A stretch of DNA of 64,000 bases from Raillietiella orientalis. Lineage: Eukaryota. The DNA is taken from positions 1,798,001 through 1,862,000 of the forward strand of contig JAYWIR010000023.1 of NCBI GenBank assembly GCA_036172245.1, written 5' to 3'. The notes under the pieces are model-generated. The model worked only from the letters and a program-made list of their open reading frames with translations. It was not told the origin of the DNA and did no database searches. A program made the translations under genes and the position numbers. The number at the start of each line of letters is the position of its first letter. The first letter of the stretch is position 1. This document shows positions 12,601 to 27,600 of this stretch, piece by piece.

Positions 12601-15600
12601 ATTTGGCTAGTTATGAAACAGGGGGTGAAGCATTAGTAAGTTCTGGCATGATGGAAAGCTTATTAAAAGTCATCAATTGGCAAGGAAGTGAATGTGAACA
12701 CATGACGGTAGGTATAAATAGGTGGATTTAAAGCATAGCTTAACTGGATGTACAGTTTGTCACTCGTGCTGTTAGAGTTATTGATCTGATCACAAATTTG
12801 GATATGCATGCATTTCAGACATATGGAGGACTGAATAGTTTCATTAACCGCCTAGAGGTAATGTATAGCAGTTTTGATATCTTATTTTGATATATTATAG
12901 ATGGAAATAAATATTTGTCGCCAAGATTTGCTTCCAAATACCATGGAACTCAATGAGAACTCTGATTCAAAATCACAAGAACCCTATAATAAAGAATTGG
13001 CACCTGAATTATTGACTAATGTTAATTGCCCAGGTAGACAGAATTTAGGAATTGCTCTTTAATATAAATCAATATAGCTCAAATGGAAATTGAAGATAAA
13101 TCCGACACTGATAATAGTGTACCTTCATGTTCTCGTACTAACAAAATTTGCATCCCTCAGAGAGCAGCTTTACTAAAATCTATGCTTAATTTTTTGAAAA
13201 AGGTCATTCAAGATGCAACATTTTCTGATAGCATACGACACAGTAAGTTCTTTGTGAGTTATGTGCTCGCACATGCTTGTTTCATTTAAAGTCATGGATG
13301 GATCTCTTCCCAATTCCCTGAAGCACATTATTGGCAATGCGGAATACTATGGACCACCTCTTTTCCTTTTAGGTTGGTTGCAGTGATTGTTTATCTGATT
13401 TAATATGAGCTTTTTTTGTAGCAACCGATACTGTAGTTGCCTATGTTTTTCAAGAACCTTCTCTTTTGTCATCCCTTCAAGATAATGGACTGACAGATGT
13501 TATATTACGTGCTCTTTTAATTAAAGAAGTAATTAGTTTTGAAAATATTCCGATTAGTGTCGATGTATTGAAATTTTTTTTATAAGGTTCCAGCAACAAG
13601 AGAAGTATTATCTTCATTGCCACATGTATTTAGTGCCCTTTGCCTGAATGCCCGTGGTTTAGCAGCATTTATGCAGTGTCATCCATTTGACCACTTATTT
13701 AAGGTTCTTCTTTCACCTGATTACTTGCCAGCAATGAGACGACGTCGCAATGCTGACACCTTTAATGATACTGCCTGCAGTTTGGGTAATGCTATGGATG
13801 AATTGATGAGACACCAGGCCAGCCTTCGGACTGAAGCTATGGCTGCAATAATCAAAGTAAGTGCAGTACAGTGATTGTATTGTCCTCCTATCAGTTTGTT
13901 ATCAGCTTTTAGAAGCACTTTGTTACATGGGCAATGATCCTAAGTATATCTGTTGCACATCTACTAATAAAGCAGAGCATCAAGTGGTACTCAATCCGAG
14001 CAGTCGTAATGCCAATGGAAGTAAGTTTGTTTGTATTTAGAGAAATTAATGATTGTATGCATAGTTAGTGAAGGTGCTAGCAGTGATGAAGAAGAAGAGG
14101 AAGAAGAGGAAGCAAGCACCAGTACAAGTCCCACAAACATCCAATTACAAAATAATACACCAGGCAAGACAGTTGAAGGCTCAGAAGAGAAGGTAGTCAT
14201 TCCTTTAATGGATTACATTTTGAATGTGGTGAGCTGAACAAGTGATGGGGTCTGTAACACATTCCAAATACGTTAATTTTTTCAAGATGAAGTTTATTGA
14301 AGCCATCTTAAGCAATAACGCTACTGATGATCATTGTCGAGAATTTGTGTCAAGAAAAAGTTTGATTCCTTTAATGGATATTCTGCGAATGCCTAATTTA
14401 CCCATTGATTTTCCTATTACATCAGCTTGTCAAGCAGTGGCATCAGTGTGCAAGTCTATCTTGGTATATGTAAAAATATTTAATGGCATCATTCTTTTAT
14501 TTTGAATTCAGAACCTAGCAAGCGAACCTCAGGTTCTAAAACAAGGGATGTTATGCTTAGATGAGGTGTTACAAACCTTGGAGCCTTTGCATAAACCACT
14601 TGATTCTCCAGGAGGATCTGTTTTACTTCGTGAATTGGCTTCGGTTTCAAACATAGGAGATGGAATCACCAATGCTTCTTCTACTCCACTACTTCATGCA
14701 CTTACTTTTGTTCATGCATATGTGGTTATGTTTACTCATATGTGTCGTACTGGACAAGTAAGATTGTGTAAGATGTATCAGTTTGTACGGGTCGTGATTT
14801 CAGAGCGATATTCGCATAATTTCTATTAGTCAGTGGGGATCTGAATTAGGCCTTAAAGTACTGAATGGTTTATCACAGCTTTACACAACTTTAGTTTGGG
14901 AATCAGTTGTTTTGTCTGCATTGAGCAGCCAAGATGTTTTGCCTCCGGGAAGCCTGTTTGGTAAAGAAGATTTAGATCGACTTTTGTCAATGGACTTAAA
15001 GGTTAGTTCTCATCAGTGCATATTTTCTTTATCTTCCATCTCTTCTCAGGCATGTGAGGATTTTTTGATAAATTCCGATGATTTCGCAAGTTCTGGTGTA
15101 ACTACAGCCATGAAAGCGTTGTCTACAGTTGATGCAGAAGAACAGACGGATGCTGGTGCTGGATCATCTGATGTTAATAAAAGGAATGCTCGCTTGCATC
15201 AAGTGAAAATGCTTCGTCCACTTTTGGAGGTTTCTTCCCGACTGGGAAGAGCACTTGCTGAATTATATGCCTTACTGGTTAAGGTATATAAAAATTTTTA
15301 CTGTGCCATTTTGATTTGTACCACTGTAGTTATGTGTTGGATCTCCTCTCAGACATCGTAGAACTCAAACTACAGTTTACACTTCTCCTGTTCCAACCCA
15401 TTCTGCCCAAGCTGTAGCCTCGGCTCTAGCAAATTTTCTTACCCAACGTCTGCGTTGGGAACTTCCTTCCAATTCTTCCATTCCAAAATTCCGTTTGACC
15501 TATGCTATTTGCTCTGTTGGCTTTCTTGGACCTATGCTTTTTGATGAAAAAAAATTCCCATACTATTTAATGCTGAAAAAATTCAAAAAAGCTGGAGGGC

Positions 15601-18600
15601 AAAAAACTTTTTTTGATATTTTCCACTGGATGTTGGCTGCTAACAGCAAGTCTTCAGAAAAGGAATTTGAGGAACCTGAGCTTCCAGAGGGAACAAAAGA
15701 ATTTTTGGATACATGGCTAATGATTTTGGAAAGATTGGTGAATCCCAAAACAGTTCTTGAATCTCCTCATGCATTATTACAAAGGGTACCTCATAATCAT
15801 TTTCAACCTTTTGATTCTTTGCATTATTTGGCAATGATTCAAAAGGTGAGTTTTGATGCCTTTTTATCCTTGATGCATATGTTTTAACAGGATGCATTTG
15901 ATGCTATCATGCTGCTTTGGAACTGGAAGCAATTACGGCAGTATTTTTTTGCACAGGTTTCAGAGTCGATGTTAACTATCTTATGCCACATACTAAAAGG
16001 AGAAGCCTTAATAAAAGTAAGCATTGAAATGGATAAAACCTGAATTTTTAATCTTTAATACTGTCTTAAATACTATCACTGAAATGTTATTACTGTTGAC
16101 TTTACATGCTTGTTGACAGATGAGTGCATGTTTTCTTTAATTTTGTGAGAAACCTGGATTTTAAGTATTCGAGAAGTTGGCTCATTGAATTTGGAATAGT
16201 CTTCTGAAACGATTGGGAATGTGTTGCAGTTTCAATTTATAGTAAAACTGCATTCTTTGATGCAAAACTGTTGCACAATGTCAAAGACCTCATAGGTTTT
16301 CCTCTGATTCTAATGCTTTGAAGTTACTTTTAACAGATTTCCTTTCACATTTGTTCAGCAATAAATGTGATCATCAGTTTTAAGAACTTGGATGTGAAAG
16401 CCTTTTTTTTTCCCATATAAATGTGCATTAGTGCGAAACTTGAATCATATATCTGTCATATTTCTGTTATGAGTTGAAATCTTATTAATGTAATGCTTTT
16501 CAAATGCACAGTTGTAGTTTACATTGAGACAAATCTCTTCCTAATGTTTGCATTTACAATTTGTAGATTTATAGATTCTATTTTATCCTATTCAAAAATG
16601 AAAATATAAGAATATATCTGAAAATAAAAGGAATTTTTAATTGTTTGATTTTTTAATTTTAATGTCTTTGTTTAAAAAAAGTAGTGTAGTGTAAAATCTG
16701 TTTTTGTTTAGGAAAAAGCTAAAAAAGAGGCAAGTAATCCTGATGGCATTGCTTCCAAGAAGGATGATACCTCTGAGCCTTCAGTGAACCAACAACATTT
16801 GCAGCAACTTACAGATATGGGATTTAGCCGAGAACATGCTATAGAAGCATTATTTAATACCACTTCTTTGGAAACAGCTACTGATTATTTGTTGTCCCAT
16901 CGTGTCCGTATGGTACCATCTCAGCTGGCTGTAAGTTTTCTTTTAAATTGTAGACTTTGGTGCTTCGATTTTGGATTTTATTATGTGATAGTAATGTTAA
17001 AAATCAAAGTTTATCTTTCCTTGCCTTATGAGTCCTTCAAAACTCTTATCAGCATACAATTGCATAACAAGTGCCATTGTCAAAGTATATTTCAAAACCA
17101 AATAGTGAATTTTAAAGTTGCATATTTCTGACAAACACATCTTTTCTTTAAGGAACAACCACATTTTTTTGGTTTGTTCAATGGAAATTTCTCTCATATT
17201 CATTCTAATCTTTCCAAGAAAGCTTTAGGAAATGCTAATCCAACAAAGAAGACTTCAGCTAAATGATTAAACTTAAATTTGTTTGTTGAAATTTTGATAG
17301 CGACTATGTTTTTATTTATTAATTAATAGTTTTATCATCTCCTAAATTTTTGTTAATTGTGATTCATTTCAAATTTTGTAAGTTTCTGAATATCTTGATA
17401 TTCATGCAGTTGTTGCTGGTGGATCAGAAAACCAAAAAAAGTTGAAAAGTTCACTTTTCAAAGTTCACGGTTTTTAAGTCCACTGTATCAAATGTAAACT
17501 TTTAAGGCATGCATATATTTTCGTAAGTCACTATTTCAAGGACTGTTTATAATTTCGTTATGATCCCAACTTGATTTTGTTTTCATTATTACCTTTTAAA
17601 ATTTATTCATTACAAATCAGAGTATTTTAACAAGTAGCTTTAACGGAGATTTACAAGAATGCTTTTTATTTATGTTTCAATTGCAATAGTTTGTGCTTGC
17701 TGCTTGTTGTGCGTTTAAATTATTTTTAACAGAGTTAATGAAGGAAACAGAAAATTCCCAACGATTATTGCCACGTGTATTCAAGAGGCAAAAGTTTTCG
17801 TTCAATGAAAATGCATTCATCTCAGTGTTTACTCTACTCTTGTGTGGACTTTCGTGTAATCTTGTGCACTTTGATGTGTTGCAGTTTGTTAGATTTAAAT
17901 ATTTATCACTTTAATATTTAATTTATTAAAGTTAATAAATTAAAACAGCTAAACACAAAGCGAAATCCAAGCATTTCATCAGCTATATATAATTCATTTA
18001 ATTTATGATCAGTAACAATTATTATAATGAAAGATAAGATAATGAAAACGAAATTATTATTCTAAACTATGGACTAAGAACAAAATATTTCATGACTATC
18101 ATCAGGTTATCATGAAACAGTACTCTCAATATGAGACATGCAACACATCTTATTGCAATGTTGTCTTTACCCAGTTTCTTGGTTTCAAGAAGAATGTGGA
18201 CAAACTGGAAAATCAATGGGGAAGCCAATATTTCTTTGCACAGTCCTGTTTTATACAATTAGTTGAATTTGAGAAGTGTTTGATTTGAGTGATGGCAAGA
18301 TTTACATTCACATTTCGAAATTCTACAGTCATATAGACATTTGAATATAGAGGCAGAATGCAGAATTATGTTATCGGATTTGTTGACTAATTTTCCTTTA
18401 TTGTGATATCAATTTTAATATTTTAAGATTTAATACTTCATTGTTTAATGTTTTTCTATTATTTTTAATTTTTTGTAGAATTTGGGTTTAGATTCCAATT
18501 TAGCTGAAGAAGATCAAATGATGCGAGCAATTGCAATGTCACTGGAAGAGAATTCTTCAGCAACTCCCGAAAATCAAAAAGATGATGACAAAAAGAAAGA

Positions 18601-21600
18601 GCAGCTTAGTTCTCAATATAGTGAAGAGGTTGTTATAACTGGAATTTTAATTCCTCATTCATTAACTTTCAGGCTGAGGATTCTTATGAGCCCTTGAATG
18701 CAAGTGTTGTAGATAAGTTCACTGAAAACATGTTAGAGGGATGTCTTAATCTTTTGGATAATTTGCCAGATACAATTTATCACATTAGTGAACTGTTGGT
18801 TGTTGTGTCTGCCAGAAATGGTGAATCTTGGAGAATGGAAATGCTGTTGACCATTTTGAAACAGGTAAGCACTGTCCACTTGCTAATCTTCAAAATACAT
18901 ATTGATAAGTTGAATGAACTTCATCTTTTAAATTAATACAGGACATATTTCTTTGCAAGTCTTATGTTGATGTATTACAATACAATCATGTTTAAAAGAC
19001 GGTGTTCAGGAAGTATCCATTGTGCAATTTTTTTTAGCACATGTACAAGCTGATGTGATGAATGAGAAAACATTTTCTTTTGTGAACTGATTTATTTGTT
19101 GCCAGAAATTTTTGTCTGCTTCTTGCATGTGAACATTGTCTTTAATTTACAGATTGAGGAAAGTTTAGTCAGTCTGAGCAATATAATGTATTCTGGATTA
19201 AAAGAACAAAAAGCAGCACTTCTTCTTACAAGTCCTTGGTCCACTAAAGCAGCACATCGTATTCACTTGTTTACTTTATTATTTGAAGTGAGTATAAATG
19301 TATGCTTTCAAGCTTTCATTGTGGTTTATTACTTTGAACAGAAAATGAAATTGCCTTGTGCACAGCTATTGGAGTATGAGACAATTATAAAGTTAATTCA
19401 ATTTATGGGGAAAGCAAATAAAGTTCTCTCTCAATTTCCTGAGATTGCTACACCAAAGTGGCTAGCACCCCTAACTCTTCTAATTGATCTGTTTGAAAAA
19501 GTAGCTGTTGGATCTAATAGAAGAGCAGCTTTACAAAAGGTATCACTGATATTCATTTGTTTTAGTGACTAGAAATGTTTGCCTGCATGTTTAACATTTA
19601 TCTGATAGCATCATGTTTGTTTGATAGTTGAAATATATGCTTTATACTTTAAAAAGGTTACTACTCATAACTGGAGATGGTTTGAGGTTAATTCTGGAAA
19701 ATGGTGCACATATTCAACAGTCAACAACAATATAATCGATACTTCATTTTGGTCTGGAGAATCAAGCGTTCGAATTACTGCAGGACGGCGTCATTATGTT
19801 GTGCAATTTACCACAATGGTGCAGGTAACATGCTTGCCATAATTTTCTTTTGCAAATGTTGACTGTTTAGATAAATGAGGAAAGCAATACCAGACGTCCA
19901 ATCATGATAACTTTGAAAGATTCTGTTAGCTCAAAAGAAATAAAGTCAGATCCCAATACCAAGGCAAAGTTGGTTTCACAATCTACAGATCAAATACAAG
20001 CAAAAGATGATAAGATGGATGTTGATGAACCTAATAGAAATAATCAAGAAGCAAATGATTTACCAGTAATTACAGGTTTAACTGAAGAACAGATGGAATT
20101 TTTGCTTCAGTGAGTCATACTTCAGAAGTTGTTTTTGTTATACTAAGCCATTTAGGTGTTGTGTTGGTCTCATGGCTTTGCCTTTAAATCCTGAAACTTT
20201 ACATGCAATACTGAGACTGAGTTTACGACTTACTTGTAAACATCGTCTTGCAGTTCTTTTTGCTGAACTTGGAGGAGTTAAAATAATACTACATCTTAGT
20301 CAGGCTTCTTCTTTCAATGGCCTTTTTTCATTAGCAACTTTACTTATTCGGCATATTTTGGAAGAACCTAAGGCGTTAAAGTACACAATGGAGCGAGTAA
20401 GTTTTTCTTATGAGTTATTTTTCGGATTCCACTTTTGTATTCAGGTAATTCGAAGTTCTTTCACAATTCGCAGCAGAGAATTCCATCATTTCATGCGTGT
20501 TCTAGCACCTATTGTTTGCAGAGATTCAGCCTTGTTTGTGGAAGTTATGAAAAATATTCTAAGAATCGATTTATCCCTGATACCAAAGAGAGGTAAAGCA
20601 TAGACCAAGTTGTCATTGTATAAGTCTTATGTCCACATATTTTATTTCGTTATTGACATGAAATTCATGTGTTTAATTTTAACTGGTTTGGTTTAGGAGA
20701 AGAAACCGAAGAGCAAAAACTTTTGATTAAATGCTTACCGATGAAAGCCGAAATTTCTTTCCCACCTCTTGAAGGAATTATGAAAGATGTTGTGTGTGAA
20801 TTCATGGATGCATTGATTTGCAAATATGAAGTAGAAGATTTGGTGCCAATGGATATGGATCAGTCAGCTCATGTAAAGTCCGATGAAAGGAAAGACGGAA
20901 ACTCATCATCGCAACCAAGACAGCCTTCTGAGGATTTGGTTCATAATTTTGGTTCTGAAGTTTTGATGCAACATGAACTCTGTGATTCTACAATGGTATG
21001 TTCACAATTCGATTTTCTTAGGGAAACTTCCCATATTTTTGTTTTAGCCATTCGATGTTGGACAAAATCAGAAACGCCCACAAACCGATGTAGTTGATGA
21101 TTCCGAAAAGAAAAAGTGCCCACTTTTTTTGAAGTCTAGTATTTGTCGTTTATTAGCAGAATTGGTTCGCTCATGTCCTGGTTGTGCTCGACTTGTAGCT
21201 GAGTACACTTTAATAGCTAAGGAAGATTCCATCCTTACTGAAGTACGTTTTTAAAGGATATTCCCTTTTTCATTATATGATTTTTTCCAATTAGAACTGT
21301 AGTTTGCTGTCTTTCATTTTTGATTTAATGTTGTCCAATCAAACATCTGTGGTAGATAAAGAAGTATGTGTATTCAGCAAGACGTTATTGGCTGCTCTGG
21401 CTGCTTGCAATCATTCGCCTGAAGCTCAGCTAATGTTGATTAATGAAGCCAAGTGCTCCTTGTTGAAAGTCTTAGCTTTACCTGAGTCTGCAGAAAAGCA
21501 TAACAAAATTCAAACGCTCACAGGAATTATTTTGATGATGATTGAATCATGTCCTGTTACTGCTGCACAATCTCAGTCATCAGTTTCATTTAAGCAGCAA

Positions 21601-24600
21601 CCTTTGAGGTATTGCAAGGATTCTCGAAAATTTGTGGTTCATTCATTTGTTTTAGCATGAATAACATTGTGAAAATGATGCTCCGAAAAGGCTTGGTAAT
21701 GGACTTAGCTCGGATTCCATACAACATTGATTTATCATCACCACATGTGGCTGCAACTATCAATGCCACTTTAAAACCACTTGAGACTCTTTCACGTATC
21801 ATGAATTTGCCATTTCATTCAACATCAGGACAAAGGGGTAATGTGAAGCTTAAAACCGCTTTGGATACTTCAATGGAAGCAGCAGACCATGTAACCACCA
21901 CTAATGCATCCCAAGTTACCAGAGTGGCTTCATCCCATGATCACCAAGGGAATGATACTTCAGCTGGTGCAGGTGCTCAGCAGGAAAATGCAGCTGGTAG
22001 CAACACTACAGAACATGATGTTTCTGCTGTTGCTGAAGAAACCTCCGGACCCCATATTTTAGAAGAGGGCCAAGTTGGTACTCTAGATGATATCATTGGT
22101 CAACTGCTTGAAGGGTAATTGGCGAATTTTATTGAAAAATATTTTTTCATTGTACATATCTGGATTTTCTAATCTGGCTCCCATTATTAGATGTTTAATG
22201 TCAGCTCATGTCTCTTAGTGTCATTTGTAGCACTTCAAATGTTTATCTTGTTTAGCATCTGATGCTGAAGTAATATTCATTGTTTCAGAAATTCTCGTAC
22301 TCAGGCTGTAGAAGTAATTGCGGAAGCATTAATAGTTGGAGAAGATATGCCAGACAGAATGGAATCTGAGGATATTATTCGGGATGCTCATATGATGACT
22401 CTAAATGAAAGTGAATTTGATGCAGAGGATACACAGGTATCTCAGCATAAGATGAGGAAGACATTCTAGCAACTTTTTTCTAGGGAGATGAAGACCATGC
22501 AAGTGAATCAGACTCAGAATCAGAACAATCGGAAGAGGAGGAGGAGGAAGAGGAAGAAGAACAGGATGATGAAGGTATTGCATATCCAAAATGTTTTTAT
22601 AATATGTTACGTTCAGAAGATGATGATGATGAAACAAGCATTTTTGATGAAGAACAAGAAAACGATGAAATCCAGGATTCAGAAACTCTATTTCGTGTAC
22701 CCTTTAATCAGTTATCTGAAGCTGATGGGGAAGGCATTCTTATGCTGAATTATCCTGACCCTGCTACCAATGGAGTTCTTGTTGAATCAGGACGAAGTGG
22801 GGAAACTTCATTCAATACATTTGGGGAAGATGGTAGTTCACTGGTTAATGTGAATATTATAAGTAGTCTCCTTAGTATCTTCAACACCAGTTACTCCTGT
22901 CAATCATCCACTTTTGAGCTGGCGCCAGAGTGATGCCGCTCCTGTAGCCATGAGTCGAACCCAACGTGGTAATAGATCTGGGAGGTATCGATATATTCAG
23001 TTGAGTACTACAGGAAGAGATAATCCACCTGCAATATTACAAAGGTAAATGAACTAAAGGAAAAGATCTTGAGGTTGTTTCAGACTTTTAGGTTCTGCTT
23101 TTGTGCATGATGTGTTGCAGCTTACTACAGGACAGGGTCTCAATACTGGATTGCGTGAAGCTCGTGTACTAGTGAGTGACAATGATTTCCGTCTGCTAAC
23201 CGATACTGATGATGTCTTGCTGGACTTTGAAGTAAGGCTTGGTGGGAACTATGTCTTTTTGTCTTTATTTAATTAGAGTCGTGAAAATGGAGCATATGGT
23301 GCATCGCATCTAGTTGCTGTGCCCAGTGCCCTTGCTCGTTGGACAGAAGAATCACGTGTTCTGGATGGAGATTCTGCTTATGATCTTCTTACAGGTAATT
23401 AGCAAATAATATAGTGACAAACTTATGTTCTTTCAAAGTAATCAAGCCAGAATTGATAAAATTCTTAGAAAAATGTAGAGATGAAGAACTAGCTGAAAGA
23501 AAGCAGGAAGAAATTAAGAAGAAGAAAGAAGATGCTAAAAATGTATTATCAGAAGCAGTAAGAATGGATGTGACTGAAAATGTGACTCTGCCAGCAACAC
23601 AGCAAGTGGCAAATGATTCTTCACAGGAAGTGAGGTTACCAAATGAGAACAGCAACTTAGCTGAAATAACAAGCCCACCTTTAACATTCGCTCCACCTGC
23701 TCCAGTTGAAAATCAGTTTAATGAACAAATAAGTGGTGCTATTGCTACACTTAATCATGCTCCAGAGCCAACTGCAAATCCTGAATTTCAGTTTATTGAT
23801 CAAGAATCCACTGGGATTTTGCAACAGTTTTGGGAAAGGTAATGTATGGTTTGCAAAATCGTATTTTGCTCCAAGCGTATATGGGGAAGAAAAAAAAAAG
23901 CATTCTAGCTTTGTCCTTTGTAGCTGTGTTCTTTTTTACCTCCAAGGAAATATTTAATGTTATTGTGATGTGTATTTTAGTGGATTTATTTCTATCTTCC
24001 GAGGTCTTAAAAACACTTTTACATTATTAACTTTGGGTTGAAATTCAAAACTTTTTGAATTGAAATTAGATGCTATGTAGAACGTAAATATTTTAACAGT
24101 AATGCTTTACTGTCTCTTATAATGACACAAAGCAGGCCAGCTTGGTTCTCCTGATCTTTGTTTAATTTTATTCATTGCATCTAGTCATTTTGGTATATTC
24201 TTCTTATGCATTATTGTTAAGCATTCTGATTGATTCTTTTGAATAAATTTCAGTCAATTTTCAAATGTCGCAATCATAAGAGCGCAGATGGTTATTGTTT
24301 TAGTTTTTAGAAATATGGAGGATATCCAGTCATTGTTTTCCTTTTATATGAATTACTAACAGTTGAAATTTAGAATTTTAGAATTCAGTTTTAAAATTTT
24401 CAAAATAAAAATGCTAGAATTTTTCCGTATTTAATTACTCATTCTATGATATATCAATTTATTGTTTCAGTGCACTGCAAATTCTTGAAACGTTATTAGA
24501 TGGTTATTTCAAATTTAGAAATTTCTTACTACCCTTCAAATCTTAAATACGCTTCCGCGTTCATTTATGCATTACTTTTCATTGTGTGTGATTTGAAATT

Positions 24601-27600
24601 GTTTCAAAGATTTGGAAATTGATTTGTTTCAAGGAGATATTTGTAGTCTGATTTCTAATTGTTATCCATTGGTAGTAATCAAGAAACTTTGGATACGTTG
24701 GCATTAAATGCATCATCTCAAAATAACTTCACTGACAATTCCACTGAAGATGTAGCTCCCTTGTCAGCTGACACAAATCATGTAGAGATTTGTAGCACAC
24801 TTCAGTCAGCTGATCAGAATCTTGCTACTAGTAGTATCAATGCGATTATGGATGTTGAAAGAACCAATGATCACATGTTAGCAATTTTAGCAATAATCCT
24901 TATGGTTTTAAAAAATCTTTTCAGTAGAGACGAGAACACAACTGCAACTTGTCAGGATCCATCTCAAGATATACCTGTGGTTAGTGATTCTCATGTTTTG
25001 TCAGAGAATCCAGAATCTTTGAGGGAAACCAACTCAAATGTTGATTTGAATGTTTTGGGTTCTGATGGCGTTGACTACAGCGAAGTTCTTAGAGGCATTC
25101 AAATACCAGAAGGAGTTGATCCTGCATTTCTTGTGGCCCTTCCTGATGATGTGCGACAAGAGGTTATTGCTGAAGAATTAAGGTAAAATATTGCAACAGT
25201 AATCTTCATAACCTTTCTGCAACTTGCAGATTACAACAGTTACGTCAAAGAGCTCAAGCTCAGGCACAGGAAGCAGCAGCTAGTGGAAGTCCTGTTGTCC
25301 TAGAGGTCAATCCTGATTTCCTCGCTGCCCTTCCTCCAAATATTCAAGAAGAAGTACTCACTCAGCAGCATTTAGAACAACAGAGGTATCAGGGAGCAAC
25401 ATCAAATCCTGAGGAACCTGTTGATGCTGCTATTTTTTTATCAACACTTCCTGCTGCCTTACGCCAATCAGTTAATAACAAAATTACTTCAAAAAACATA
25501 TTTTTGAGTTTTGTTTTTAGGTGTTGGCTGATATGGAAGATTCCCAGATGGCTGTTTTGCCTCCAGATTTAGCAGCCGAAGCCCAGAGTTTGAGAAGAGA
25601 ATGGGAGACTAGAAATCGCCAAGTGATGCATGACCGATTTTTAAACCATAGCAACACCGCATTGTCATCTATTCTTCGAAATACAGGTATGTCGGCAGTA
25701 CAAATAGAAAGTAATTAGCTTTGGCACTTGTATAGTTGGTCGATTGCGTGGTCGGTATGCATTCCAAAGAGTGCATCGTAGCCAGTGGAATCCATGGTCT
25801 AGTAACACCACTGCTACTCAAGCAGGAAATTTGAAATTACGAGGCCGTCAATTGTTGGATTACGAGGCTCTCACTTGTCTTCTAGTTTTGATCTTCCTGG
25901 ATGAGCCAAAACTGAATACTGGAAGACTCCATCGAGTTCTCCGTAATTTGTGTTATCATGGACCCACTCGAGACTGGATCATTAAGGTATAGATTCACTT
26001 AGTATGTAGAGTGCATCGCAATTATTGCAGTCATTGCTGTCCATTTTGGAACGTTGTGGAGATTCGTATTCACTAGAAAATATATCAGCTGATTTGATCA
26101 AGAAGAAGTTGAAAGGTTATACCAGGCTGAATTCGAATTCCCTAGAGAACATAAGGTAGGAAATTTGATTGCAGAGCATCATTCAATCATGATCTCAGAG
26201 ATCGTCCGACTCCACAATCTTGGTTAAATATAAGTTTGGATGCAGCCCTGGGATGCCGGGCTAATGTTTTCCAGGTTTTAAAAGGCCATTCTTCTGCTAA
26301 TAAAAAACACTGCTCTGAGAAAGGAGCCATTCAAATTACGATACATCCTCAAGCTTCCCCATTTGTGTGCAGGTAAGCTGATTAGTGCAGTTTTAAGTGA
26401 ATATAACATGTGTTTAGACATACCTTGGATGTGCTTATTTCATTATCCAAGAGTTTCCCTACTCACTTCCTTCCTGCATCATCAAAAGATGTAGCTGGTC
26501 CCAGTCAGTCTTCTAGTGGTAGCAATAAGCCAATGATGGATTTCTGGGATATTCTTGTGCGCCTTGATTCTCTGAGTAGTTCAAAGAAAGGAAGGAGCCT
26601 AATGCGATCACACAGCACTGGTCATCATCCAATGGAAGAATTAGCTAATTGCATCACGTTTGAAAATGCTGCCATCGGCCAACTAATCAACATGTTTCAA
26701 TATAATGTAATGCGCCGCAGCACGCAACTTACGGATAAATTGTTGCGCCTGCTCGCACCAGTATCCTTGGGATTGATGGACTCTGGTGTAACTGTGAATG
26801 AAATTTTACTGCAACTTGCTGTTGGGGTACTGATGTCAAAAAACTGTTCAGAGGAAGGTTTGGAGGATGGAACAAATTTGCTATTGCGCCTCTCTTATGC
26901 AGCGCCTTCCAACAGAGACATCATGCTGAAGTTGTTGTTATCTGGTGCTAGTGATCTTGGACGCTCAGTTCGAGGGCATATCACTCTGTTGTGGAAAGAG
27001 CTGAAGAAACTGAATAAAAAAATTCTCCAAGAGAAGGCAGAAAACGAAGAAGGAGATACTGCTGCAGAGAGTGAAAAAAGTTACCCATCCCGTGGTGTAT
27101 TAAAGGATCGTTTCACTCGTGACACAGTGGTAATCTCCGCCAGTGCTCGCCCAAAAACTTCAATGGGAGAATTGCATCTGCCTTCTATGGCTGCATTGAC
27201 TTCAAAAACATCAAACCAAGCATTTTTTCTGCGCACACTAAAAGTAATTATTCAGCTCCGAAATTCTTCTGCTACGAAAAGAGATAAACGAAAAGAAATC
27301 GCAGTGCTCCCAATAAATCAAAGAGAAGAGGATTCTAACGTTCCCCGAGCCTCCCAGAGAACTGAAACAACAGAACAGTCGGAAATTGCTATGCAACCAA
27401 TGGATGTCGACACCATTACAGAAGAACAGAATCCCGCTCTGCCTCTTTTAAGCGAACAATTAGGCCTGGATAAATTGTGGCAAACCTTAAGTGGCTGTTT
27501 GCGTGAACTAGCGCATACTCCTGATCACCATGCTGTGCTTGTTTTGCAACCAACAGTTGAATCTTTTTTCTTGGTGCATGGAACTGCCAGCACCCCTCGT

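Noticed and set aside
19055..19090. Box C (GTGATGA) and box D (CTGA) in a HUWE1 intron
   Set aside because: The span is only 36 nt with no terminal stem, too short for a C/D snoRNA.
26761..26768. GTATCCTT, a U12-like donor inside the HUWE1 terminal exon
   Set aside because: It lies in a continuous ORF encoding HUWE1-like [12 protein letters not shown], and I found no matching branch site or need for an intron.
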